Positions 1-9,239 of a DNA stretch of 64,000 nt are shown piece by piece. The notes under the pieces are model-generated. The model was not told the origin of the DNA and made no database searches. It saw only the letters and a program-made list of their open reading frames with translations. The position numbers and the translations under genes were made by a program. The DNA comes from Burkholderiales bacterium (lineage in GTDB: Bacteria > Pseudomonadota > Gammaproteobacteria > Burkholderiales > SG8-41): assembly GCA_019751125.1 (NCBI GenBank), contig JAIENU010000074.1:10464-74463 (forward strand), in the 5' to 3' direction. Numbering within the stretch: the first letter of the stretch is position 1; each line of letters opens with the position of its first letter.

Positions 1-13
1 CGCCGAGCGCTAT

Positions 14-877
14 TTGCATGAGGCGCTCCTGGCCGATCCCCGCCGCCCTGTCAGTGGCGACGAGCTTGCGGCGCTGGCCGATGCCGACGCCCGGGACAAT
101 TACCAGATTCTGCTGCGGTTCCGGGACCGCCTGCTCGAAGCCGGCACCCTGGAGCATTTCTACTCGACACTGTTCCAGGCGGATGTCGCGGTACCTCCGC
201 AGTTTGTGCATTACACCGTCGAGGTCATCCTGCGCGGCCTGCTCGATGGTGTGAAGGACGGCCTGTGCCTGCGTGCCGCCGAGATTTTTTTCAGGGAGCA
301 GCGGGTCACCATCAACGAAGGCGCGGTGATGCTGGCCGATGCGGAGACGGTTCGCAGCCATGCCGATGACGGTGGTCTGGGCAATCTCGGCCGCATGCTG
401 CTGCAGGTCAATGCGCCACTGAAGAGCGCCGAACTCGATGTACTCGACCGCGACAACCATGAGCAGTATTTTCGCCGCGACAGTCGCCGCGATACCGTGC
501 TGCAGATCAACCCCGGCACCCCCGGATCGCAGGCGATTGCGCAGGTGATCGAGCGCTGGGTGTTGCATTTTCACGGCCTGCAGGTCCGGGTTACTCCGAT
601 CCGCGAGATCGACGACGAAGAATGGCTGTGGCATGTCGGCCTCGATGTCGAGGCGACCGCGCTGCTCAACGACATTTATGCCGGCGCCGAAGTCGATGAG
701 GCCCGGATGAAACGGGTGATCGGCCTGTTCCGCATGGATTTCGGGGATGCCGGCGCGCTGCGGCCCGAACTCGCCGGAGCGCCGGTATTTCTGGCGCTGG
801 CGATGACCCCCGAGGGCCGCCTGCGCATGAAGCCGCAGAACCTGCTGACCAACCTTCCCCTGGCAGACCGCACATGA
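14..877 (+). CDS. conserved hypothetical protein (frame stays open to the window edge, so it may be 5' truncated)
   Basis: 287-aa ORF with the GC-rich codon pattern of the window. Its stop overlaps the next start (ATGA at 874-877), which suggests translational coupling. No family recognised by eye. Confidence 0.55.
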   Translation: MHEALLADPRRPVSGDELAALADADARDNYQILLRFRDRLLEAGTLEHFYSTLFQADVAVPPQFVHYTVEVILRGLLDGVKDGLCLRAAEIFFREQRVTINEGAVMLADAETVRSHADDGGLGNLGRMLLQVNAPLKSAELDVLDRDNHEQYFRRDSRRDTVLQINPGTPGSQAIAQVIERWVLHFHGLQVRVTPIREIDDEEWLWHVGLDVEATALLNDIYAGAEVDEARMKRVIGLFRMDFGDAGALRPELAGAPVFLALAMTPEGRLRMKPQNLLTNLPLADRT

Positions 878-1764
878 GCCAGGCACAAATCAGTCCGGCC
901 GGGCAGGGCAGGGTCTCACCGGAGGCGCGCGCCGCTCAGGAGTGGCGGCGCATCGCAGCGATGCGCGACGAGGATGTGTCGCTTGCCGAGGGTGCGTTGT
1001 GGATTGCCGCGAGCGAATATCCGGATCTGGTGATCAGCGATTATCTGGCACGCATCGACGCCATGGCGGCCACGCTGCGCGGCCGGCTGCGTCCCGACAT
1101 CGCCACTGCGGACAAGCTGCTGGCCCTCAACCATTACCTGTTTGACGAGCAGGGTTTCAGCGGCAACAACGACGATTTTTATGATCCGCGCAACAGCTTT
1201 CTGAACGAGGTGCTTGAGCGCAGGCTGGGTATTCCGATCACGCTGGGCGTGATCTATATCGAAATCGGCAGGCGCATCGGGCTGGGGCTGCATGGCGTGT
1301 CCTTTCCCGGCCACTTCCTGGTGAAATGTGCCTTGCGCGACGGTGTCGTGGTGCTCGATCCCTATGGAGGCGGGATTTCCCTGGGGGTCGATGAGCTGCA
1401 GCAGAGATTGCGGGTTGCCGGGGCGCCCGACGATGTCGATCAGTCTCTCTTGAGCCATCTGCTCAGTGCCGCACCCTGCAAGGAAATCCTCGGCCGCATG
1501 CTGCGCAACCTGAAGGGCATTTACGTTGAACAGGGCGACTGGCTGCGCGCGCTGGCCGCCAGCGAGCGGGTGATCGCACTGTGTCCCGATGACGCCGGCG
1601 AGGAATACCGCGACCGCGGCAGCATCTATCTCCAGCTCGAGTGCATCCGCGCGGCGATGGGTGATTTCAACACCTATATCAGGCAGCGTCCCGGCGCCGA
1701 GGATGCGGATGGAGTGCGCGCAAAGATCGCGGAACTGCAGCCACTGGTGGCGCGGATGAACTGA
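874..1764 (+). CDS. SirB1/YchA-like transglutaminase-like protein with TPR-like C-terminus
   Basis: The blocks EGALWIAASEYPDL, FYDPRNSFLNEVLERRLGIPITLGVIYIEIGRRIGL and GVSFPGHFLVK match the SirB1-type family as I remember it. Confidence 0.7.
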   Translation: MSQAQISPAGQGRVSPEARAAQEWRRIAAMRDEDVSLAEGALWIAASEYPDLVISDYLARIDAMAATLRGRLRPDIATADKLLALNHYLFDEQGFSGNNDDFYDPRNSFLNEVLERRLGIPITLGVIYIEIGRRIGLGLHGVSFPGHFLVKCALRDGVVVLDPYGGGISLGVDELQQRLRVAGAPDDVDQSLLSHLLSAAPCKEILGRMLRNLKGIYVEQGDWLRALAASERVIALCPDDAGEEYRDRGSIYLQLECIRAAMGDFNTYIRQRPGAEDADGVRAKIAELQPLVARMN

Positions 1765-1774
1765 ATGAACGGGA

Positions 1775-2587
1775 TTGTTTGAGCGGAATGAGCCGGTGAG
1801 CGCACCAGCACGCTGCGTTGTCAGAAAGGCGGTAAAGCGCCGTGGTCTGCCGCTGCTGTTCGTACATGGTGCTTATGTCGGTGCCTGGTGCTGGGAGCGC
1901 CACTTCCTCGATTATTTTGCGGCACTGGGCCATGACAGCCATGCGGTCGATTTGCGTGGCCACGCCGCAGGTGAATCCGGCAACGACCTGAGTTCGATCG
2001 ACGATTACGTCGCCGATGTCCTGCTCGCAGCGGAGTCGCTGGATGAACCGCCGGTGCTGATCGGGCATTCCATGGGGGCAGTGGTGGTGCAGCGCGCCTG
2101 GCGGCGCGCCCGGGCACCCGGTTTTTCGCTGCTGGCGCCGGTGCCGCCACAGGGGCTGCTTGCCAGTAGTGCCATGCTGTCGCTCAACAGCCCTGAAATA
2201 TTCAATGAAATCAATGGCTTGCAGATTAGCGGCTATTATCACGGGTCACCAGCGCTGCTTCGCCAGGCGATTTTCTCGCCGACACTGGCTGAAGATGAAG
2301 CCATGGCCAGTCTGCGCCGCATGCGCCATGAGTCGCAGCGCGCGCTGATTGATCTGTCATGGCCGCAGTATTTCTGGATCGACAAGGCTGACGGCCGGGT
2401 GCCGGTTCAGGTCATTGGTGCTGCCGATGATCTGCTGTTTCCGCCGCCACTGGTCGAGACGGCGGCAGCCCTGCATGGCATTGAAGCCGAGATCCTGCAG
2501 GGCATCGCCCATGCGATGATGCTCGATACCCGATGGCGCGATGCAGCAGCCAGCATCGAGCGCTGGCTGAAATCCTTTGCATCATGA
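1775..2587 (+). CDS. alpha/beta hydrolase
   Basis: LLFVHGAYVGAWCWE oxyanion region and GHSMGA nucleophile elbow. Start uncertain (TTG 1775 or GTG 1796). Confidence 0.8.
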   Translation: MFERNEPVSAPARCVVRKAVKRRGLPLLFVHGAYVGAWCWERHFLDYFAALGHDSHAVDLRGHAAGESGNDLSSIDDYVADVLLAAESLDEPPVLIGHSMGAVVVQRAWRRARAPGFSLLAPVPPQGLLASSAMLSLNSPEIFNEINGLQISGYYHGSPALLRQAIFSPTLAEDEAMASLRRMRHESQRALIDLSWPQYFWIDKADGRVPVQVIGAADDLLFPPPLVETAAALHGIEAEILQGIAHAMMLDTRWRDAAASIERWLKSFAS

Positions 2588-2698
2588 CTACGGGGTTCCG
2601 GATTACGGTACCTGAAACATCCGTTGCTGATCACCCGCCGGCCCGGGCCGGCCTTATCATGCAGTCTGCGCATCCGCGCTGGCCGAAGAGGTGAGTGG

Positions 2699-3118
2699 AT
2701 GGACATGTCCTTGTGGTGGGCGATCGCAGGCATCCTGCTGATCATCGTCGAAATGCTGACCGGCACTTTTTACCTGATGGTGCTGGGTATTGCCGCGCTG
2801 GGCGCGGCGGCTGCGGCCTGGGCCGGGTATTCGTTCTGGGTGCAGGCGGTGGTGACCGCTGCGCTGGCCGTTGTCGGCGTGATCCTGATCAAGCGCTATC
2901 GTGGTACCGGCACCAGATCCACGACGCAGTCACTCGATATCGGTCAGCCGGTGACCGTCGAATCGTGGATCAGCGAGGCTGACGGCATCGCGCGTGTCAG
3001 CTACCGCAACGCGCAATGGGAAGCCCACATCGTTGGCGAGCGTGCGCCCGGCGGCAAGCTGTTCTATATCCGCGCCGTTGACGGCAACACGTTGACCGTA
3101 TCGGCACAACGTCCGTAA
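2699..3118 (+). CDS. NfeD-family membrane protein
   Basis: Two N-terminal hydrophobic helices (WWAIAGILLIIVEMLTGTFYLMVLGIAALGAAAAAWAG) followed by a soluble beta-rich C-terminus. It sits directly upstream of an SPFH gene, the classical NfeD-stomatin pairing. Start trimmed to the internal ATG at 2699. Confidence 0.75.
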   Translation: MDMSLWWAIAGILLIIVEMLTGTFYLMVLGIAALGAAAAAWAGYSFWVQAVVTAALAVVGVILIKRYRGTGTRSTTQSLDIGQPVTVESWISEADGIARVSYRNAQWEAHIVGERAPGGKLFYIRAVDGNTLTVSAQRP

Positions 3119-3166
3119 CGACGCGGCATCAGCGGCGCCGTCTCATTTCAGTCCAAAGGAGTCTCC

Positions 3167-4192
3167 ATGTTTCCGAAACTGGTCATCGTATTGTTCATCA
3201 CCGGCGTGCTGGTGGCGCTCGACCAGCGCTCGCTGGCGGTGCCGTTTTTTGTCGTCGCGCTGGGCGTGGTGGTTGCCATCGAGTCGATACGCCAGGTGCC
3301 GCAGCAGATGGCCTGGGTGGTCGAACGGCTGGGCAAATTTCATTCGGTACTGGAGCCGGGTCTGAACGTGATCGTGCCCTTTCTTGATCGTGTCGCCTAC
3401 CGGCATTCGCTGAAGGAAACATCACTCGATGTGCAGGAGCAGGTGTGCATCACCCGCGACAACACACAGCTTGGCGTCGACGGCATCATCTACTATCAGG
3501 TCACCGATCCCAAGCTCGCGTCCTATGGATCGTCCGATTATGTGTCGGCGGTCACCCAGCTGGCACAAACCACACTGCGCTCGGAAATCGGCAAGATGGA
3601 GCTCGACAAGACTTTCGAGAGCCGCGACGAGATCAACCGCCAGGTGGTGTCGGTGCTCGACGAAGCGGGGCGCACCTGGGGCGTCAAGGTGCTGCGCTAC
3701 GAGATCAAGAACCTGACGCCACCGGAAGCCATCCTGCGTGCGATGCAGGCGCAGATCACCTCGGAGCGCGAGAAGCGTGCGCTGATCGCCAAGTCCGAGG
3801 GCCAGCGCCAGGAGGAGATCAACCTGGCCGATGGCGAGAAGCAGGCTGCAGTGCTCAAGTCCGAGGGTGACAAGACCGCAGCAATCAATCGCGCCCAGGG
3901 CGAAGCTGCAAGAATCCAGCTGATTGCTGAAGCCACTGCAGGCGCGATCAGCACCGTGGCCCAGGCACTGAACAGCCCCGGCGGCAATCAGGCTGCGAAC
4001 CTTGAGGTGGCCAAGCAGTACGTCAATGCCTTTGCCCACCTGGCACGCACCAACAACACACTGATCGTGCCGGCCAACGTCGCCGATGTGGCGACGCTGG
4101 TCAGTTCCGCGATGGCGGTGATGGACAACGTGAAGAAGGCTGTGCCCGCAGGCACTGCGGGTGGCACTGCAACCGGTGCCACCGGCGGCTGA
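3167..4192 (+). CDS. SPFH/band-7 (stomatin/QmcA-like) protein
   Basis: N-terminal TM segment, SPFH core (VPQQMAWVVERLGKFHSVLEPGLNVIVPFLDRV, TRDNTQLGVDGIIYYQV, LRSEIGKMELDKTFESRDEIN) and a coiled-coil tail. Confidence 0.9.
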   Translation: MFPKLVIVLFITGVLVALDQRSLAVPFFVVALGVVVAIESIRQVPQQMAWVVERLGKFHSVLEPGLNVIVPFLDRVAYRHSLKETSLDVQEQVCITRDNTQLGVDGIIYYQVTDPKLASYGSSDYVSAVTQLAQTTLRSEIGKMELDKTFESRDEINRQVVSVLDEAGRTWGVKVLRYEIKNLTPPEAILRAMQAQITSEREKRALIAKSEGQRQEEINLADGEKQAAVLKSEGDKTAAINRAQGEAARIQLIAEATAGAISTVAQALNSPGGNQAANLEVAKQYVNAFAHLARTNNTLIVPANVADVATLVSSAMAVMDNVKKAVPAGTAGGTATGATGG

Positions 4193-4206
4193 TTGCCGCC
4201 CGGGAA

Positions 4207-5103
4207 TTACTGCGGAACGTAGACCGGTGTCGTAACCGTTGTCGCTTCGATGGCGGGGGGGCGCTGCAGCGTCTCTGCCTCGGCCGGTGTCAGTTGCAGC
4301 GGATCGGCCGGCAGCAGCGGCGTTGCCAGTTGCACAGTCGAACGCAGATTGACGCCATGCGGCCGGGTTTCGCCGACATCGGCGCCATCAAGCTTCTCGC
4401 GCGGCGGGTTGCCGTCATAAATCAGGTTGCGCCGGCGCTGCAGGTAGGCGTCGCGCAGGAATTCATAGGGGTCGATTGCCGCGGTTTCCAGCACCTTGCT
4501 CGCGCCGAGCAGGTTGGCGCGATCGGAGATCAGGCGCAGGGCGGCCACCTGGTTGCGGTCACGCGGCGGATCGATATGGCTGATCGGATCCACTGCCACA
4601 TAGACCACAGTGCCGGCCGCATCACGCAGCGTGCGCGGGCCGAGGAAGGGCAGCATCAGGTAGGGGCCGTCACCGACGCCCCAGTAACCCAGTGTCTGGC
4701 CGAAATCCTCGTCGTTTTTCTCGAGGCCGATCTTGCTCGCCACATCAAAAAATCCGAGCACGCCGACGGTGCTGTTGACGATGACGCGGCTGACATCGGA
4801 GCCGGCGGCATTGACCTTGCCCTGCAGCAGGTTGTTCAGCGCGACGATGATGTCGTTGACGTTGGAAAACATGTTGCTGATGCCGCTGCGGATGAATTCC
4901 GGCACCACACCTTCATAGATGGTGGCGAGCGGCTTGATCAGCACCGTGTCCAGGCCTTCGTTGAAGGTATAGACCGCGCGGTTCATCGGCTCCAGCGGGT
5001 CACGCGGATCACCGGCACCGGTGGTGGCGCAACCGGTGGTCAGGACCAGTCCGGCGAGGGCGCATACGGTGAGCAGGCGGAGGCGGCTGAGCAGGCGAAA
5101 CAT
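4207..5103 (-). CDS. mlaA: MlaA/VacJ-family outer-membrane lipoprotein
   Basis: Signal peptide with lipobox LVLTTGC, then PLEPMNRAVYTFNEGLD and GISNMFSNVND blocks typical of VacJ/MlaA. Confidence 0.9.
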   Translation of the reverse strand: MFRLLSRLRLLTVCALAGLVLTTGCATTGAGDPRDPLEPMNRAVYTFNEGLDTVLIKPLATIYEGVVPEFIRSGISNMFSNVNDIIVALNNLLQGKVNAAGSDVSRVIVNSTVGVLGFFDVASKIGLEKNDEDFGQTLGYWGVGDGPYLMLPFLGPRTLRDAAGTVVYVAVDPISHIDPPRDRNQVAALRLISDRANLLGASKVLETAAIDPYEFLRDAYLQRRRNLIYDGNPPREKLDGADVGETRPHGVNLRSTVQLATPLLPADPLQLTPAEAETLQRPPAIEATTVTTPVYVPQ

Positions 5104-5408
5104 TTGCGGTTCCTTGTCTGGGCTTACGGCGGGCGGCTGCGTTGTAAGGCCTTGTTATGACGCTTAAAAACAACGTGCCAGAAAACGGTAAGGATTATAT
5201 ACAAAGCACCCGGCAGGCTGCAGGACTTTTGCCGCGTTGCGGCGGCGGTATTGGTCGGGGATTGGTCGAGGGGGCTTTGTTATACTCGCCCGCGCTTTGC
5301 CGGCGGCAATCCGGCTGATTTTGCTGACCGGTTTTGCTGTCTGTTTGCCGCCTGTTTTTGGCGTTCGTTTTTGTCGACTGTCACTACTGACCGCAGAAGG
5401 AGTTAGCC

Positions 5409-6890
5409 ATGCTGCAGCAAGTCAAACCCGGGGTGGAACTGAAGGACATGAGCCTGTTCCGCCAGCAGTGTTATATCGATGGCACCTGGGTGGATGCCGA
5501 CGACAAGGCGACGCTGAGTGTCATTAATCCGGCCACCGGACTGCCGGTCGGCACCGTGCCCAAAATGGGGGCTGCCGAAACCCGCCGCGCGATCGAGGCC
5601 GCCAATGCCGCCTGGCCGGCCTGGCGCGCCAAAACCGCCAAAGAGCGCGCCAACATCCTGCGCAAGTGGTTCGACCTGATGATGGCCAACCAGGAAGACC
5701 TGGCCAGGCTGATGACCGTCGAGCAGGGCAAGCCGATTGCCGAGTCGCGCGGCGAGATTGCCTATGGCGCCTCGTTCATCGAGTGGTTCGCCGAGGAAGG
5801 CAAGCGCATCTACGGCGACACCATCCCGACCCATGCGCCGGACAAGCGCATCGTGGTCATCAAGCAGCCGATCGGTGTCTGCGCAGCCATCACGCCGTGG
5901 AATTTCCCCAACGCGATGATCACGCGCAAGGCCGGTCCGGCACTGGCCGCCGGCTGCACCATGGTGATCAAACCCGCCTCGCAGACACCGTACTCGGCGC
6001 TGGCGCTGTGCGAACTGGCCGAGCGTGCCGGCATTCCCAAGGGTGTGCTGTCGGTGGTCACCGGTTCCGCCGGCCCGGTCGGCAAGGAGCTGACCACCAA
6101 TCCGATCGTGCGCAAGTTCACCTTCACCGGCTCCACAGAAATCGGCAAGCTGCTGATGCAGCAGTGTGCGAGCACCGTGAAGAAGGTGTCGCTGGAGCTG
6201 GGCGGCAACGCGCCGTTCATCGTCTTCGACGATGCCGACCTGGCCTCGGCGGTGGAGGGTGCGCTGGCTTCCAAATTCCGCAACACCGGACAGACCTGTG
6301 TCTGCGCCAACCGCATTTTTGTGCAGGACGGCGTCTACGAGAAATTCTCGAAGATGCTGGCAGACCGCGTGTCGCAGATGAAGGTCGGCAACGGCCTCGA
6401 GGACGGCAATCTGCAGGGGCCGCTGATCGACATGAAGGCGGTGGAGAAGGTCGAGGAGCATATTGCCGACGCGCTGGAAAAAGGCGCGAAGGTGCTGACC
6501 GGCGGCAAGCGCCACGAGAAGGGCGGACAGTTTTTCCAGCCGACCGTGCTCGCCGGCGTCACCACCGAGATGAAGGTCACGCATGAAGAAACCTTCGGTC
6601 CGGTGGCGCCGCTGTACCGCTTCAAGACCGAGGACGAGTTGCTGAAGCTCGCCAACAACACCGAATACGGTCTGGCTTCCTACTTCTACAGCCGCGACAT
6701 CGGCCGCATCTGGCGCATCGCCGAAGGCCTGGAGTCGGGCATCGTCGGCATCAATGTCGGCATCATCTCCAACGAGATCGCGCCCTTCGGCGGCATGAAG
6801 GAATCGGGCATCGGCCGCGAGGGCTCGAAGTACGGTATCGACGAATTTGTCGAGGTGAAGTACCTGTGCATCGGTGACGTGAATAAATAA
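5409..6890 (+). CDS. gabD: NAD(P)+-dependent succinate-semialdehyde dehydrogenase
   Basis: Full-length aldehyde dehydrogenase with ELGGNAP and catalytic-Cys context GQTCVCANR. The N-terminus and overall sequence are strongly GabD-like. RBS GAAGGAG lies before ATG 5409. Confidence 0.9.
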   Translation: MLQQVKPGVELKDMSLFRQQCYIDGTWVDADDKATLSVINPATGLPVGTVPKMGAAETRRAIEAANAAWPAWRAKTAKERANILRKWFDLMMANQEDLARLMTVEQGKPIAESRGEIAYGASFIEWFAEEGKRIYGDTIPTHAPDKRIVVIKQPIGVCAAITPWNFPNAMITRKAGPALAAGCTMVIKPASQTPYSALALCELAERAGIPKGVLSVVTGSAGPVGKELTTNPIVRKFTFTGSTEIGKLLMQQCASTVKKVSLELGGNAPFIVFDDADLASAVEGALASKFRNTGQTCVCANRIFVQDGVYEKFSKMLADRVSQMKVGNGLEDGNLQGPLIDMKAVEKVEEHIADALEKGAKVLTGGKRHEKGGQFFQPTVLAGVTTEMKVTHEETFGPVAPLYRFKTEDELLKLANNTEYGLASYFYSRDIGRIWRIAEGLESGIVGINVGIISNEIAPFGGMKESGIGREGSKYGIDEFVEVKYLCIGDVNK

Positions 6891-6905
6891 ATCAATAAAA
6901 ACAAT
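6891..6905 (-). repeat. AT-rich intergenic motif copy a (ATTGTTTTTATTGAT on the minus strand)
   Basis: Reads ATCAATAAAAACAAT on plus, immediately after the gabD TAA stop. One of five strong copies in the window. Confidence 0.7.
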
Positions 6906-6961
6906 GGCTTATAACGGACTCCGCCGCAGCATCCCTGCGGCGGTTCTGTTTGGAGCGGGGC

Positions 6962-7372
6962 ATGTTCAGCATCCTTGGCCTTGATCATGTCGTGCTGCGC
7001 GCCGTCAATGTGGCGCGCATGCAGCGTTTTTATTGCGAGGTGCTGGGCTGCACGCTGGAGCGTGAGCGCGAGGATCTGGGGCTGACGCAGCTTCGCGCCG
7101 GCAGCGCGCTGATTGACCTGGTTGATGTCGAGGGGGCGCTCGGCCGCAAGGGTGGCGCGGCTCCGGGACGCGAAGGCCGCAACCTGGATCACCTGTGCCT
7201 GCGCATCGAGCCCTTCGATCCCGGCGCATTGACCGCACACCTGCTGCGTCACGGCGTGGTGCCCGGCGAAATCAAGCCGCGTTTTGGTGCCGATGGGCAG
7301 GGGCCGTCGCTGTATATCAACGATCCCGAGGGTAATGTGGTCGAACTGAAGGGGCCGCCGGTCCGCAACTGA
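6962..7372 (+). CDS. VOC-family (glyoxalase/bleomycin-resistance/dioxygenase fold) protein
   Basis: LDHVVLRAVNVARMQRFYCEVLGC N-terminal VOC module and a C-terminal LYINDPEGNVVEL block. GGAG lies 6 nt before ATG 6962. Confidence 0.8.
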   Translation: MFSILGLDHVVLRAVNVARMQRFYCEVLGCTLEREREDLGLTQLRAGSALIDLVDVEGALGRKGGAAPGREGRNLDHLCLRIEPFDPGALTAHLLRHGVVPGEIKPRFGADGQGPSLYINDPEGNVVELKGPPVRN

Positions 7373-7382
7373 GCTGTGCTGC

Positions 7383-8090
7383 TCAGGCGCGGCGTTTGCG
7401 CGGTGCTGACTGACCCTGTTGCGCCGCTTTTTCCTCCACCACCTGCACTGCGACATCGCGGCGCAGCCGGGAGTTTTCCCGTGCCACCTGTTCGGCGCGA
7501 ACTTCGTCACCATCGCGGATGGCCTCGAGCAGTGCGCGCCAATACCGCGCCGACTCGACGCGGCGCTGCGCCTCGCTCAAGCCGAGGCGGGTGTAGCGCG
7601 CGGTCTGCAGCGTCAGCGACTGCAGCGTGCCGCGCAGCCAGGGATTGTCGATGCGGTCGTTCAGCGCGCGATTCAGCGCGATGGCCTTGTCCGCGTAGTC
7701 CTTGCCGGCGGCCGGATCGGCTGCCAGGCGCTCGAGTTCACTGACAGCGAGCTCCATGTCCTTGACGAGTGTTTCGCGTGCGGGATCACGCGCCGCCTGG
7801 CGCGCGCGCAGGCCGACCAGTGCCTCGCGCACTTCGTACATCTGCCGCACGTCCTCGGTGGAGAGTTCGGTGACCTGCGCGCCGCGGTAGGGCTGGATGG
7901 TGACCAGACCCGATTGCTCGAGCAGGCGCAGCGCGTCGCGTACCGGGCCGTGGCTGACGCCGAACTCGGCGGCGATCACCGCCTCGGTCAGGCGCTGTCC
8001 CGGCGCATAACTGCCGTCGATGACCCGCTCGCGCAGCACTTCAGCGATGCGGTCGGGTATTTTCTGGGTGGTAAAGGCGGGGCGGTTCAT
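7383..8090 (-). CDS. GntR-family transcriptional regulator with FCD domain
   Basis: wHTH LTEAVIAAEFGVSHGPVRDALRLLEQSGLVTIQPYRGAQV followed by an all-helical FCD-like C-terminus. Start uncertain (ATG 8090 or TTG 8111). Confidence 0.85.
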   Translation of the reverse strand: MNRPAFTTQKIPDRIAEVLRERVIDGSYAPGQRLTEAVIAAEFGVSHGPVRDALRLLEQSGLVTIQPYRGAQVTELSTEDVRQMYEVREALVGLRARQAARDPARETLVKDMELAVSELERLAADPAAGKDYADKAIALNRALNDRIDNPWLRGTLQSLTLQTARYTRLGLSEAQRRVESARYWRALLEAIRDGDEVRAEQVARENSRLRRDVAVQVVEEKAAQQGQSAPRKRRA

Positions 8091-8142
8091 CGAATGATGG
8101 TTATCAATCAATTAAACTAATCAATTAAATTCAATGGCTTAT

Positions 8143-8160
8143 CTTATCTGATCAGTTAAG
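8143..8160. promoter_or_regulatory. near-perfect 18-bp palindrome CTTATCTGATCAGTTAAG (candidate operator)
   Basis: 16 of 18 positions are self-complementary, with a perfect CTGATCAG core. It abuts the -35 box of the putative TauD promoter in the divergent GntR/TauD spacer. Confidence 0.4.
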
Positions 8161-8162
8161 GC

Positions 8163-8191
8163 TTGACAATAGATTATAAATTATTAATAAT
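8163..8191 (+). promoter_or_regulatory. putative sigma70-type promoter (TTGACA, 17 nt, AATAAT)
   Basis: Perfect -35 hexamer at 8163-8168, a 17-nt spacer, then AATAAT at 8186-8191, about 75 nt upstream of the TauD start. Confidence 0.4.
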
Positions 8192-8266
8192 TTGGTCAGC
8201 CTGCTGAGCCCTGTGGCATTACAAGGCCGGCAAGAAACCCTCCGCCATCCAAGCCCGGGAGACACC

Positions 8267-9172
8267 ATGACCGCCGCAGTTGCCCTGAAGTCCACGCAAA
8301 ACGCCAATCACATCACCGTCACGCCGCTGACCGGCGCGATCGGAGCCGAAATCGCCGGTGTCGATCTGTCGCAGCCGCTGACCGATGCCGAATTTGAAGT
8401 CATCCACGATGCGTGGATGCAACACCTGGTGCTGCGCTTCCGCGGCCAGACGCTCGACAAGGACCTGCTGCTCGCTTTCAGCCGCCGCTTCGGCAAGCTC
8501 GACAAGGCGCCGATCAACCCGACCGGCAAGAGCTGGATCGACGGCTACGGTGAACTCGCGGTGATGTCCAACATCAAGCAGGACGGCAAGCCCGTGGGCA
8601 GCCTCGGCGATGGCGAAGCAGTGTGGCACACCGACATGTCGTACCAGGAAGTCACGCCTTCGGCGGCGCTGCTCTACGGCGTTGAAGTGGTGCAGAAGGA
8701 GGGCGGCGAGACCGGTTTCACCAGCATGTACCGCGCCTATGACCTGATGCCCGAGGATCTGAAGCAGGCGATCGCCGGCAAGCAGATCAAACACGATGCC
8801 AGCTACAACTCTGCCGGCCAGCTGCGCAAGGGCTTCAAGGAAGTGACCGATCCGCGCGAGGCGCCTGGCGCGGTGCACCCGATTGTGATCAAGCACCCGG
8901 TGACCGGCCGCAAGGCGCTGTTCCTCGGCCGCCGCCCGCATGCCTATGTGATGGGCCTGTCGCTGGAAGACAGCGAGGCACTGCTCGACCGCCTGTGGAC
9001 CTATGCACTGGGCCATGCCGAGCGCGAAAACTGGTTCCAGAAATGGAAGGTGGGCGATCTGCTGATGTGGGATAACCGCTGCACCATGCACATGCGCACC
9101 GCCTTCGATCCCGCGGAGCGCCGTTATCTGCTGCGCACCACCATCATCGACGGCAAGCCGCAGGCTGCCTGA
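8267..9172 (+). CDS. TauD/TfdA-family Fe(II)/2-oxoglutarate-dependent dioxygenase
   Basis: VTPLTGAIGAEIAGVDLSQPL N-terminus, a WHTDMSY His-x-Asp iron motif and a distal His in LMWDNRCTMHMR. Start trimmed to ATG 8267 (GGGAGA RBS). Confidence 0.85.
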   Translation: MTAAVALKSTQNANHITVTPLTGAIGAEIAGVDLSQPLTDAEFEVIHDAWMQHLVLRFRGQTLDKDLLLAFSRRFGKLDKAPINPTGKSWIDGYGELAVMSNIKQDGKPVGSLGDGEAVWHTDMSYQEVTPSAALLYGVEVVQKEGGETGFTSMYRAYDLMPEDLKQAIAGKQIKHDASYNSAGQLRKGFKEVTDPREAPGAVHPIVIKHPVTGRKALFLGRRPHAYVMGLSLEDSEALLDRLWTYALGHAERENWFQKWKVGDLLMWDNRCTMHMRTAFDPAERRYLLRTTIIDGKPQAA

Positions 9173-9194
9173 GTGGTATCCGCGGCAGCAAAAG

Positions 9195-9222
9195 AAAAAG
9201 CCCCGCAGCAGCGGGGCTTTTT
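9195..9222. terminator. bidirectional rho-independent terminator
   Basis: Hairpin AAAAAGCCCCGC-AGCA-GCGGGGCTTTTT between convergent genes. Confidence 0.8.
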
Positions 9223-9239
9223 AATTGCAGTAAAGAAAT

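Noticed and set aside
5237-5527. 96-aa ORF and T-rich GTTTTTG-type repeats in the gabD leader region, considered as a leader peptide or attenuator.
   Set aside because: The ORF has no RBS, overlaps the gabD start in another frame and translates to low-complexity sequence. The T-rich repeats form no convincing alternative hairpins.
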